A stretch of 64,000 nucleotides of DNA, taken from an uncultured bacterium (GTDB taxonomy: Bacteria > Actinomycetota > Acidimicrobiia > Spongiisociales > UBA5794). A program made the position numbers and the translations under genes. Below, in pieces: positions 38,364-47,714 of the stretch. The stretch is from NCBI GenBank assembly GCA_963801165.1, contig CAWDDT010000004.1:224001-288000 (forward strand), given 5' to 3'. The notes under the pieces were generated by a model that was not told the origin of the DNA, made no database searches, and saw nothing but the letters and a program-made list of their open reading frames with translations. The stretch's first letter is position 1. Each line of letters starts with the position of its first letter.

Positions 38364-40366
38364 TCGCAGCTATCGGTCTGCTCGCAATTCTGCTGTCGGC
38401 AGCCGCTTCGGTGCTTCTCATCGGACGTGCCTGGAGACAGGCGACGGCGCCGCAACCGGACCCGGGCCGGATCCGCGGTCCGGTGCAGCTGTTGCTGGGC
38501 GGCGCCGTGATCGCTTTTCTAGCGCTGGAGACTGCGATCCTGTCGGACAACTTCAGCCTCGGCTATGTCTCCTCCAACTCGAGCACAACGACACCGCTCA
38601 TTTTCAAACTGGCGGGCGCCTGGGCGGCGCTCGAGGGCAGCATCGTGTTGTGGGGTCTGGTGCTGGCGGTCGTCGTGTACCTCGTCGCTCGCTCGGTCCG
38701 AGGCGCCGACCGGCTCGGTCTGACCGCACTCTCGGTGCTGGGCGTGATATCGCTGTTCTGGTTCGCGCTGATGGCGACGGCGGCCAACCCGTTCGAAGTC
38801 TGCACCAAGCTCGTCGGCGGTGTCTGCGGCGACACCAGTTGGCTGCCGTTCGTGCATACCGTCGCCCCCGTCGACGGTGTCGGCGCCAACCCACTGCTGC
38901 AGAACTCCATCCTCATGGCGATTCACCCGCCCATGCTCTATGTCGGCTACGTGACGTTCACCGCCCCGTTCGCTTTTGCCATCGCAGCACTGATTAGGGG
39001 GGAGCAGGGCAGCGTCTGGCTGGAACGCACCAGACGGTGGTCCGTAGTTGCCTGGGCGTTTCTCGGTTTCGGGATGTTGCTCGGCGCCTGGTGGTCCTAC
39101 GAGGTGCTGGGATGGGGCGGCTATTGGGGCTGGGACCCGGTGGAAAACGCGGCCCTGCTGCCGTTCCTGGCCGCCACCGCGTTCATCCACTCGGCGGTGG
39201 TGCAACGGAAACGGGGGATGCTGCAGTCGTGGAACCTGATCCTGGTCATCACCACCTTCTCGCTGACGATCCTCGGCACGTTTCTGACCCGGTCGGGGAC
39301 GATCATCTCGGTGCACTCGTTCACCCAGTCCGAGGTGGGGCCGATCCTGCTCGGTTTTCTCCTCGTGACCGTGCTGGCCTCGCTTGCTCTGTTTGCCATG
39401 CGGTCGCATCTGCTGGGCTCGGCGCCGCGGCTCGACTCGATTGCGAGCCGGGAAGGCGTGTTTCTGCTCAACAACCTGATCCTGACTGTCTTCGCCCTGG
39501 CGGTGCTGATGGGCACGATATACCCGATCGTGCTGGAGGCGCTCGGCAGGGCGCGGGTGTCGGTGAGCGCCCCCTACTACAACCGCATCCTGCTCCCCAC
39601 CGCTTTCCTGTTGCTGATGGCGATGGGTGTTGGTCCGGTGACCCCGTACCGGCTGGCTCGCGCCGGCGTCGTGTGGCGGCGGATCGCGACCCCGATCGTG
39701 GTCGGTCTCGTAGCCGGGGCGGTGGCTGTGACGGTCGGGGTGCGCTCGATCCCCGTCGTGGTGGTGGTCGTGCTCGGCATCTTCGTGATCGCCACCATCG
39801 TCGGCGAGTTCCGACGCCAGCTTTCCAAGGTCGAAGGGCGCAGGCTCGACCGCGTGCTCCGATTGTTGCGGCGCGACTCGGGGTATTGGGGCGGCCAGAT
39901 CACCCACACCGGCATTGCGCTCATCGCCATCGCCATCGCGGCGTCGAGCGGCATGGCCGCCAGGGGCCAGGTGCAGCTCGTTACCGGGGAAAGCGCCGTT
40001 GTAGACGGCTACTGCCTTGTCTACGAAACATCAACGACGCGCACTGAGCCGAATCGGCAGGTCATCGGGGCGGTGCTTTCGTTGCGTGACGAGTCTTGTG
40101 GGAATGAGATCGCCATCCTCCAGCCCGTGTTCAACAGCTATGTACGTGGTGCGGTGGGAACGCCTGCCGTTCATACGGGTTTGTTCGAGGACGTGTTCGT
40201 CGCTCTCGGTGGCGTTCCCGGCGACCAGGTCGCTCTCAACGTCATGGTCTTCCCGCTGATGTGGCTGCTGTGGACCGGCGGGTTGATTGCCGTTGCCGGT
40301 GGTATGTGGGCGATCTACGCCAGGAAGCCGCAGCGGCGCAGGGTGGAGGCCACCGTCGATGTCTGA
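38360..40366 (+). CDS. ccmF: Cytochrome c heme lyase CcmF
   Basis: EGS, NPLLQ..HPP, WGGYWGWDPVEN, RSG..SVHSF. Confidence 0.96.
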   Translation: MIAAIGLLAILLSAAASVLLIGRAWRQATAPQPDPGRIRGPVQLLLGGAVIAFLALETAILSDNFSLGYVSSNSSTTTPLIFKLAGAWAALEGSIVLWGLVLAVVVYLVARSVRGADRLGLTALSVLGVISLFWFALMATAANPFEVCTKLVGGVCGDTSWLPFVHTVAPVDGVGANPLLQNSILMAIHPPMLYVGYVTFTAPFAFAIAALIRGEQGSVWLERTRRWSVVAWAFLGFGMLLGAWWSYEVLGWGGYWGWDPVENAALLPFLAATAFIHSAVVQRKRGMLQSWNLILVITTFSLTILGTFLTRSGTIISVHSFTQSEVGPILLGFLLVTVLASLALFAMRSHLLGSAPRLDSIASREGVFLLNNLILTVFALAVLMGTIYPIVLEALGRARVSVSAPYYNRILLPTAFLLLMAMGVGPVTPYRLARAGVVWRRIATPIVVGLVAGAVAVTVGVRSIPVVVVVVLGIFVIATIVGEFRRQLSKVEGRRLDRVLRLLRRDSGYWGGQITHTGIALIAIAIAASSGMAARGQVQLVTGESAVVDGYCLVYETSTTRTEPNRQVIGAVLSLRDESCGNEIAILQPVFNSYVRGAVGTPAVHTGLFEDVFVALGGVPGDQVALNVMVFPLMWLLWTGGLIAVAGGMWAIYARKPQRRRVEATVDV

Positions 40367-40754
40367 CCGCACCCGCCGTATTGTCGGCTGGGGGCTGGCA
40401 ATAGGCGCCATCGCCGTCATGGTGGTCGGGTTGCTGCCGAAGCCGGCCGCCGCAGACCCGGAGCAGCGCGCTCAGAGCCTCGAGCAGCGGCTCGCTTGCC
40501 CGCTCTGTCACGGTCAGTCGCTGGCCGAGTCCGGCTCGGATGCCGCCGCCGATCTGAAGGTGATCATCAGGGAGAAGATCGACGCGGGGCTCACCGACGA
40601 TCAGATCCTCGACTACTTTGCCGTGCGCTACGGGGACCACATAGTTCTCGAGCCGCCGCTGCTCGGGTGGGGTTTGGCCCTGTGGGCTGCGCCGCTGGTC
40701 GCGTTCGGCGTCGGTGGATGGATCGTCTGGACCAGGCGCGGGGTCGTCTCATGA
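40359..40754 (+). CDS. ccmH: CcmH/CycL thiol-redox subunit
   Basis: LACPLC.GQSLAES, RYG....PP. Confidence 0.92.
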   Translation: MSDRTRRIVGWGLAIGAIAVMVVGLLPKPAAADPEQRAQSLEQRLACPLCHGQSLAESGSDAAADLKVIIREKIDAGLTDDQILDYFAVRYGDHIVLEPPLLGWGLALWAAPLVAFGVGGWIVWTRRGVVS

Positions 40755-41527
40755 CCCTGGAACAAGCACGGATTGCAGAGCGCATCGCCCACGTGGAGCG
40801 CGACATGATCGAGTTGGCCGAGCAGGTTGACAACGGCGAGATCGATGCCGCGGCCGCCGCCGGGCTGCAGCAGCGCTACGAGAAGGAGCGCGACCTGCTC
40901 CTGACGCAGTCGGCCGATGATGAGGCTGAGACCGAGCCCGCCACGGCCGCCCCTTTCCTCAGCGGTTCCCGGCTGCTCGGCATTGGGGCGGTACTCGTGG
41001 CCGTGATCGGGATCGCGGTGTGGCTGCTGACGACCACCCACACCAATACGTCCGGGGTCGAGGGTGTTGCCGCCGATGTCGTCAACGGTCAGGCGATGAA
41101 CCTCGGCGACGTCACGGACGAGCAGATGGAAGAGGTCATCGCCCAGAATCCCGATATTGCCCCGATGCGGCTGGCACTGGCCGAGCGCTACTTCACCGAA
41201 GGCGATTTTCCCAAGGCGCTGGAGCACTACATGTATGTCCTCGACACGCTCGGGGTGAAAGACGCCACCGCGCTGGCCAACGTGGGGTGGATGACCTACC
41301 TCTCGGGCGTTTCCGACGTCGCCCAATCGTTTGTCGAGCAGAGTCTGGCAGTCCAGCCGGACGGTGGCATCGCCTTCTGGTACCTGGCCAATATCCGCTT
41401 TTACGGTCTCAACGATCCGGCGGGTGCCGTAGAGCCGCTCGAGAAGCTGCTCCAATATGACGACCTCCCCGATGAGATCAGAACCGAGGCCGAGAGCATG
41501 CTCACGAGTGCGGAGGCGGCGCCGTGA
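40751..41527 (+). CDS. ccmI: CcmI/CycH-like TPR protein
   Basis: EL...G.ID motif, TM, TPR repeats; position in the operon. Confidence 0.75.
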   Translation: MTLEQARIAERIAHVERDMIELAEQVDNGEIDAAAAAGLQQRYEKERDLLLTQSADDEAETEPATAAPFLSGSRLLGIGAVLVAVIGIAVWLLTTTHTNTSGVEGVAADVVNGQAMNLGDVTDEQMEEVIAQNPDIAPMRLALAERYFTEGDFPKALEHYMYVLDTLGVKDATALANVGWMTYLSGVSDVAQSFVEQSLAVQPDGGIAFWYLANIRFYGLNDPAGAVEPLEKLLQYDDLPDEIRTEAESMLTSAEAAP

Positions 41528-42117
41528 AGAAGTACTCGGGCTGGGGTTTCTGGCTGGCGATCGCCGCGGGTATAGCGGTGATGGTCTTTGGTGTGATCTT
41601 CGTCAACCGTCTCGGTGCCGACCCCACCCTGGCGCCGAGCCCGCTCGACAACAAGCCGGTGCCCGATGTGGCCATCGACTATCTCGACTCAGATGGTCAG
41701 TTCCGCCTGACCGACTTCTCCGGCGACATCGTCGTGGTCAACTTCTGGGCGTCGTGGTGCACGAGCTGCCGCGCCGAGCATGAGGCTCTGCTCTCGGCGG
41801 CGACTGCGTACCAGGGTCTCGGGGTGAAGTTCGTGGGAGTTGCGTACCTCGATGACCAGTCGGACAGTCTCGCCTTCCTCGACGAGTTGGGGCGTTCCGA
41901 TGCGTTCACTTACGGGCGTGACGTGGGATCGCGAGTCGCCGTGGAGTTCGGTGTGGAGGGTCTTCCCGAGACCTTCTTCATCGACGCCGCCGGGATCGTG
42001 CGTTCCAAGGTCAGTGGACCGGTCAACGCCGCGCTGCTCGGAGGAACCCTCGACGCCATGGTCCTCGGCGAGTACGTGGATCCGGCGGTCAGCACCGGAG
42101 AAGTGCAGAACCGGTAG
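41524..42117 (+). CDS. ccmG: CcmG/DsbE-type thiol:disulfide oxidoreductase
   Basis: TM anchor, VNFWASWCTSC, GLPETFFID. Confidence 0.9.
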   Translation: MKKYSGWGFWLAIAAGIAVMVFGVIFVNRLGADPTLAPSPLDNKPVPDVAIDYLDSDGQFRLTDFSGDIVVVNFWASWCTSCRAEHEALLSAATAYQGLGVKFVGVAYLDDQSDSLAFLDELGRSDAFTYGRDVGSRVAVEFGVEGLPETFFIDAAGIVRSKVSGPVNAALLGGTLDAMVLGEYVDPAVSTGEVQNR

Positions 42118-42119
42118 GG

Positions 42120-42344
42120 ACCCTTTCGGGAAACCGTGCCGGACAACTCCAGTTCAGGCTCGAGGCCGTGCTTGCCGCCGCTGTTTGTGCTCGGATGAGG
42201 CGAGCCTTCACGGAGATTGTCCACCACCCTTTCGGGAAACCGTGCCGGACAACTCCAGTTCAGGCTCGAGGCCGTGCTTGCCGCCGCTGTTTGTGCTCGG
42301 ATGAGGCGAGCCTTCACGGAGATTGTCCACCACCCTTTCGGGAA
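42120..42344. repeat. 106-bp tandem duplication (two copies plus a 13-bp third start), each unit a long imperfect hairpin
   Basis: ACCCTTTCGGGAA recurs at 42120, 42226 and 42332; arms GGACAACTCC..AGGCTCG and CGAGCCT..GGAGATTGTCC. Confidence 0.92.
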
Positions 42345-42432
42345 CCCTGGCAAGGCCTGGGGGCGTCCAAGCGACATCGCACGAGAGATCGTTGCACACG
42401 AGATCTCGTACGAGTCAACTTGGAGGCAAACC

Positions 42433-44043
42433 ATGATGAGGAAGACCACAATCGCCCTGCTGGCGGTGATTCTGCTTGTCGGTGCCTGTGGGGGCAACGA
42501 CGACTCGTCGGACACCACCTACGGGCGGATAGACCAAACCACCACGACCGCGGCGGCGTCGCAGACGACAGCGTCGCCGGGCCATCCGACCCCGATCGCA
42601 GGGGATCAGCGGGCGACCGCGACAACGGCGATGGCGGAGACCACAACCACAGCGGGGGCAATGACCGAGGAACCGCGAGATGTCAACTTCGAGGACTACG
42701 GGGCCAACCCGTTCGAAGACCCCATCGAGGACTCGATGTCGACGTTTGCGGTCGACGTTGACACCGGCTCGTACACACTGATGCGGGCGTGGATCAACGA
42801 CGGCTACCTGCCCGACCCCGACTCGGTGCGGGTGGAGGAGTACGTCAACTATTTCGACGGTGGATACCAGGCGCCGGACGACTCGACGTTCGCCATTTAC
42901 GCCGACGGCGGCCCGACCCCGTATTGGGATCCGGCCAACGACATCCTCCGTATCGGGATCAAGGCTCGCGAGGTCACCGAGCGGCAGCGGCAGGACATGA
43001 ACCTGACCCTGGTCGTCGACGTCTCCGGGTCGATGGGTGATCAAAACAAGCTGAAGATGGTCCAGGACGCTCTGGCCGTGCTCATCGGCGAGCTCGATCG
43101 GTACGACACCGTCGGAATCGTGTCCTACAACACCGATGCCCGGGTCGTGCTCGAGCCGACACCTGCGTCCGATGCCGACACGATCATCGATGCCATCTAC
43201 AGACTGAGCGCCGGGGGCAATACCAACGCCGAGGCGGGGTTGCTCAAGGGATATGACATGGCGGATGATTCCTACCAACGTGACGCCGTCAACCGGGTCG
43301 TCCTGCTGTCGGACGGTGTCGCCAACGTCGGCAACACCGGTCCGGGTTCCATCCTCGAGCAGATCGGCGACCGCACCAGAGAGGATATCGACCTGGTGAC
43401 CATCGGCGTCGGCATCTCGACCTACAACGACGTGCTGCTCGAGCAACTCGCCGACCAGGGCAACGGGTGGTACGCATACGTCGATACGAAGGACGAAGCA
43501 GTCAAGCTGTTCCGCGAGCAGCTCACCACGAGCCTCGAGACCGTCGCCCGTAATGCCAAGGTCCAGGTCGAGTTCGACCCCGAGTACGTCGACGGATACC
43601 GGCTGATCGGCTTCGAGAACCGGGCGATCGCCGACCAGGATTTCCGGGACGACAGTGTCGACGCCGGTGAGATAAACGCCGGGCACACGGTCACCGCGCT
43701 CTACGAGCTAGACCTGACCAGAGATGCCTACCGGACCGACGAGCCGTTCGCCACGGTCCATCTGCGCTGGATCGACCCGGACACCGGTCGCAGCGAGGAG
43801 ATCCAGGGTGACGTCTCGACGGCGCTGCTGGCAGACCGCTTCGACGAGACCTCAGCCCAGTTCCAGCTGGTGTCGTCCGTCGCCGCATACGCCGAGGTGC
43901 TCCGGGACAGCCGGTGGGTGCGCGGGCTCCATCTCGACGACGTTCTCGCCGAGCTCGACGGCCTGCCATGGCGTCAGCTCAACAACGACGCCGCAGACGA
44001 GTTCTACGACATCGTCTCACGAGCGGTCCGGCTCGAGGCATAA
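42433..44043 (+). CDS. VWA-domain lipoprotein (YfbK-like)
   Basis: Lipobox VGAC, STFAVDVDTGSY, RVEEYVNYF, MIDAS DVSGSM, LSDG, YRLIGFENR, DAGEI. Confidence 0.92.
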   Translation: MMRKTTIALLAVILLVGACGGNDDSSDTTYGRIDQTTTTAAASQTTASPGHPTPIAGDQRATATTAMAETTTTAGAMTEEPRDVNFEDYGANPFEDPIEDSMSTFAVDVDTGSYTLMRAWINDGYLPDPDSVRVEEYVNYFDGGYQAPDDSTFAIYADGGPTPYWDPANDILRIGIKAREVTERQRQDMNLTLVVDVSGSMGDQNKLKMVQDALAVLIGELDRYDTVGIVSYNTDARVVLEPTPASDADTIIDAIYRLSAGGNTNAEAGLLKGYDMADDSYQRDAVNRVVLLSDGVANVGNTGPGSILEQIGDRTREDIDLVTIGVGISTYNDVLLEQLADQGNGWYAYVDTKDEAVKLFREQLTTSLETVARNAKVQVEFDPEYVDGYRLIGFENRAIADQDFRDDSVDAGEINAGHTVTALYELDLTRDAYRTDEPFATVHLRWIDPDTGRSEEIQGDVSTALLADRFDETSAQFQLVSSVAAYAEVLRDSRWVRGLHLDDVLAELDGLPWRQLNNDAADEFYDIVSRAVRLEA

Positions 44044-44063
44044 CCGGGAGGAGGCAGCCGGAC

Positions 44064-44095
44064 GGAGGGGCCCCGCAGGGACGCGGGGCCTCTCC
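44064..44095. terminator. Hairpin between convergent genes
   Basis: GGAGGGGCCCCGC-agggac-GCGGGGCCTCTCC followed by AGTTT. Confidence 0.75.
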
Positions 44096-44101
44096 AGTTT
44101 C

Positions 44102-44308
44102 TCAGGCCCCGCGGATCACCAACCTGTCGAGCAACCCCTGTGACGATGCCGTGATCTCAGCAACGGCTCGTTGGAACACGTCTGCGTTGTGGGCGGCGGG
44201 TTTCTGAAAGCCACTTATCTTGCGGACGAACTGGAGGGCGGCTGCCTCGATCTCTTCAGGGGTGGCGGGTACGGCGCCGTCGCGGAGACGCTTGATTGAT
44301 CTGCACAT
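44102..44308 (-). CDS. DUF2277 family protein
   Basis: MCRSIK.L...AT.EEI.AAALQFVRKISG. Confidence 0.88.
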   Translation of the reverse strand: MCRSIKRLRDGAVPATPEEIEAAALQFVRKISGFQKPAAHNADVFQRAVAEITASSQGLLDRLVIRGA

Positions 44309-44320
44309 AAGATGACCCTA
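44308..44320. promoter_or_regulatory. Divergent -10 elements for two leaderless genes
   Basis: TAAGAT (+, 8 nt before ATG 44322) and TAGGGT (-, 6 nt before ATG 44308). Confidence 0.65.
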
Positions 44321-44321
44321 C

Positions 44322-44888
44322 ATGTCAGAGGTTGAGCGCGCTCACTGGAATCATCGGTACAGCAAGGAAGGGGCCTGGGTCACCGAGCCTTCGGCGTTTC
44401 TGCTCGAAGTTGGTCCCCGGCTCCCGTCACAATCCCGCGTCCTCGACGTTGGCGGCGGCACCGGCAGGCACGCAATCTGGCTGGCGCGGCAGGGTCACGA
44501 CGTCACCATCGCCGACATCTCGGACACCGGGCTCGAGCTTGCTAGACAGGCGGCGGCGGAGGCCGGTGTCGAGGTGGCGACGATCTGCATGGATTTCGAC
44601 ACCGACCCGATGCCGCCGGGGCCGTGGGATGTGCTCGTCGACTTTCACTTCATCAAGCGCGAGCTGTTCTCGGTGTTCCTCGACGTGCTCCGTCCCGGCG
44701 GGTTGCTCGTCTTCTGCCGGGCCACCAAGAAGAACCTCGAGCGCCACGATCGCCCACCACGAAACTACCTGATCGATGTGGGGGAGGGCTGGGAGCTACT
44801 CGCCGGATGGGAGCTGGTAGTCGCCCGCGAAGGCTGGTCCGTGGAAGACCGGCACGAGTTCGAGGCACTTGCCCGGAAGCCGGTGTAG
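44322..44888 (+). CDS. Class I SAM-dependent methyltransferase (TehB-like)
   Basis: W..RY, VLDVGGGTGRHAIWLA, LRPGG. Confidence 0.9.
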   Translation: MSEVERAHWNHRYSKEGAWVTEPSAFLLEVGPRLPSQSRVLDVGGGTGRHAIWLARQGHDVTIADISDTGLELARQAAAEAGVEVATICMDFDTDPMPPGPWDVLVDFHFIKRELFSVFLDVLRPGGLLVFCRATKKNLERHDRPPRNYLIDVGEGWELLAGWELVVAREGWSVEDRHEFEALARKPV

Positions 44889-45005
44889 ATACGGACGCGC
44901 AGATATGCCGGGGAGGTCCGGACGGTGTGGTCGGGACGCCCCGGGTGTGGGGATCTTCGTGAGTCGTTTGGGTGACGGGGAGGTAGGGGAAGCCGAGTGT
45001 GTCGG

Positions 45006-46083
45006 CTATGGGGGTCCGCGCCGGTGAGGTGTGATGAAGAGTCGTCGTTGTGGTGGTGAGGTGGGATCAATCCGATAGCCCCGACCATGTATTACCACAT
45101 GATGGTGGTACCAGCACAACGTGGTCAGATTGTCCGGATCATGGCTACCGCCGTGGCTGCGATGTTTGAGGTGATGAACCTGGAGCCGGTACCGCGACCG
45201 GCACCCCGAGATGGTGCAGCCACCGTCCCGCCACATGACAAAGCGGCGGACAGCAGGCGCGATAGCTTTGGTGTTACCGGAGGTAACCACCGGTTTGCCG
45301 TTGTCCAGGCCGACGAGCTGTACCGACCCGGTACACAGCGCCTCCTCGAGTACCTGCGGCGCGACCCGGGGGCCGAACTCGATCTCAACCCCAACCTCCC
45401 CACCACCGTGGGCCATCCGGTCGAGGTCGGCAAACAACACCACATCGGCTCCACCACCCTCACCGGTATCCGAATCGCCGAGTGAGTCTTGGCAGATAGA
45501 GGTGAGTGACAGGGCGTAGCGGTGGGCTCGGGACCTGACGTCATCGGGAAACTCGTCAGAACGTTGCTGGAGCGCCTTCTCCACGGTGCGTCCGCCGACC
45601 CCGTCCAACAAACCCCGGATCGAATACGCGACTCGTCCAGATTGGGTTGCAACACCACATGCTGATCGGCAAAGACACGTTGCTGGTCTCGGCGGGTGAA
45701 GCGACGCTGCCGGGCGGTGAGACGACGTACCCCAGCGATGTCATAACCAGCGGCCATTGAGACGTCGCTCTCATCGGCGCCGGCAGCCGCCAGTCTGCTG
45801 GTGGCGAGGGCACGGTCGAACGAGCATTCCCCCGCTCCAACCTGTCGGAGTCGTCGCTGGTGACGATCCGTGACGCCTGTACCAGGGCTTGGGCGTTCTG
45901 GGGGGCGAGATCGAGCTTGGCGGTTGCCCACTCCACCAACGACCGGGCCCCGTCGATGTTGGCGATACCCGCATCGTCGAGCCTGCGGAGAGCCCCGAGC
46001 TGGATGGCCCGGAGTGTGGAGATCGCCGCCTCCGCCCCCAGCACGGTGGCTTCCAGATCGTCGATAGAAGTCGTTCCCAACAT
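45006..46083 (-). pseudogene. DUF222/HNH endonuclease (13E12-like), interrupted by two single-base deletions
   Basis: Three successive frames; RDGGC..SGC..HH...GG....NL..LC..HH..IH in the last; the span is 1078 nt, and adding 2 nt restores the frame. Confidence 0.85.
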
Positions 46084-46146
46084 GAGGACAACGTATCAGC
46101 CGGGTATGACAAGATTTCCTTGGATGGGTAACGAATCGCTGTGCCG

Positions 46147-47088
46147 TCAGCCGGGTTCGGCGGTGCGGTTGTCGAGCTCCCGACCGGCATCGTCGTAGGA
46201 CACGAGCTCGATCGTCGGTTCACTTGCCGTTTGAACGATGAATACGGCAACGCCTCCGATCGGGCGCTGCCATTGTCGTGTTCCGTTGACCGTGATCTGC
46301 ACGACTGACACATCGGATGGAAGCGACGACCAGAAGACCTGGGTGATCCATGGGTGCGATTGGCGCATTCGCACCGTCACGTCTGGTTCGGCCTGGATTC
46401 CTCCGCCTGGTGGGGTGGTGCTTCCCCCGCTGCATGTTCCGAGCGCCGCCGGTTGTCCCGACTCGATATTCCACTTCGTCCAGCCGACCCCCCAGTCACA
46501 TGTGACGACTTCCCCTGACAAGATCACCGGGATCCGGAAGGCCAGAAGACCGTCTCGGTCTCCCAGCGCGATGATCGGCTGGTCCGCAAGAGAAAACTCG
46601 TTCTCTTCGAGAGCGAGCTGATCGAGCGTCAGCGTCTCGAACGGGATCAACGAGACCTCGACGCCTAAACCGCTCGTCTCGAAGACAGGTGGTGGGCCGG
46701 ACGGGATCGCCTGTATTACCGGTGGTGTTTCGATCAGCGTCACCTCGTGGTCGGGATACACCAGCTGCGGTGGTGCGGTGGTCGTGGGCACGCTTGTCGT
46801 GGTGTTGGGCGGTGCCGTCGTGGTTGGGGCTGTTGTAGACGGCTCGGTTGGGTTGACGGCGTTGTCATCTGGTCCGAGACCCACGCCGACGAGGAGCAGC
46901 CCCGCCCCGAGGGCAAGCACCGCGGCGAAAGACACAAGCGCAATAGCGATGCCGCGCCTCGAACTCGGAACCCGGCTGTGGCGCGTCTCTACAGCGACTG
47001 CGATGCTGGTCAACTCGTCGAGGCTGAGGGGATGGGAGTGCTCCGCATATGTGCGGGCGATCGCATCAGCGAGGTTGTCAATCGACAC
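46147..47088 (-). CDS. Single-TM protein, probable anti-sigma factor
   Basis: Short cytoplasmic N-terminus, TM, Thr/Pro linker, extracellular domain; overlaps the ECF sigma stop. Confidence 0.7.
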   Translation of the reverse strand: MSIDNLADAIARTYAEHSHPLSLDELTSIAVAVETRHSRVPSSRRGIAIALVSFAAVLALGAGLLLVGVGLGPDDNAVNPTEPSTTAPTTTAPPNTTTSVPTTTAPPQLVYPDHEVTLIETPPVIQAIPSGPPPVFETSGLGVEVSLIPFETLTLDQLALEENEFSLADQPIIALGDRDGLLAFRIPVILSGEVVTCDWGVGWTKWNIESGQPAALGTCSGGSTTPPGGGIQAEPDVTVRMRQSHPWITQVFWSSLPSDVSVVQITVNGTRQWQRPIGGVAVFIVQTASEPTIELVSYDDAGRELDNRTAEPG

Positions 47089-47539
47089 CGGATACCTCCA
47101 ACTCCTGTCGAAGGCGCTTCAGGCCTCGTTCGACATGATTCTGTACGGTTGTTGGCTTGATGCCGAGTAGCTCGGCAACTTCGACTCGGGTCCAGCCCAG
47201 ACCGTGGACCAGGACCACCGCGATCCGCTGATGTCTCGACAGCGACTTCAACGCGACAGAGAGCGCCGGTTCGACCCACGGCATCTCGACGTTCGACGAG
47301 ACCGCAGCCGGCTGGGGTGGGCGCCGTCGCTGGCGACGGCCGTAGCGTTGACCAACTCGGAAGACATAGCCCGCGGGGTTGTCCATTTCCTTTATGCGGT
47401 CCCAGTGCTCCCATGCGTAGGCGAGGGCGTGGGCAGCTGAGTCTTTCCCAAGGTCGAAGCCGAGCTCGGCGCTCAGCGCCTGACGAATCGGCTGCTCCTT
47501 CTGCTCGAAGAACGCCACGAAACCGTCGGGCGCGATCAT
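47078..47539 (-). CDS. ECF RNA polymerase sigma factor
   Basis: Region 2 AWEHW..I..M.NP.GYVFRV; region 4 L..LS..QR.AVVL..G....EVAELLG....TV..H..RGL. Confidence 0.88.
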   Translation of the reverse strand: MIAPDGFVAFFEQKEQPIRQALSAELGFDLGKDSAAHALAYAWEHWDRIKEMDNPAGYVFRVGQRYGRRQRRRPPQPAAVSSNVEMPWVEPALSVALKSLSRHQRIAVVLVHGLGWTRVEVAELLGIKPTTVQNHVERGLKRLRQELEVSGVD

Positions 47540-47714
47540 GTTCCGGCTCCAGGCTCTGTCGCGACTGCCATCACCCTATAAGGACACAACACCGGCAGCG
47601 CAACCACAGCCGTTCCGCTTTCGTGCCTGCGCACGCCATGTGTAGCGTCCTCTGGTAACTCGAGGAAGGCATGAGATGTCCAAGCGGGGAATCGGCCGCA
47701 GAGGGGAGTTCATC

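Noticed and set aside
42168-42432. ORF extensions through the 106-bp repeat
   Set aside because: These are translations of the repeat; the SD and lipoprotein signal indicate a start at 42433.
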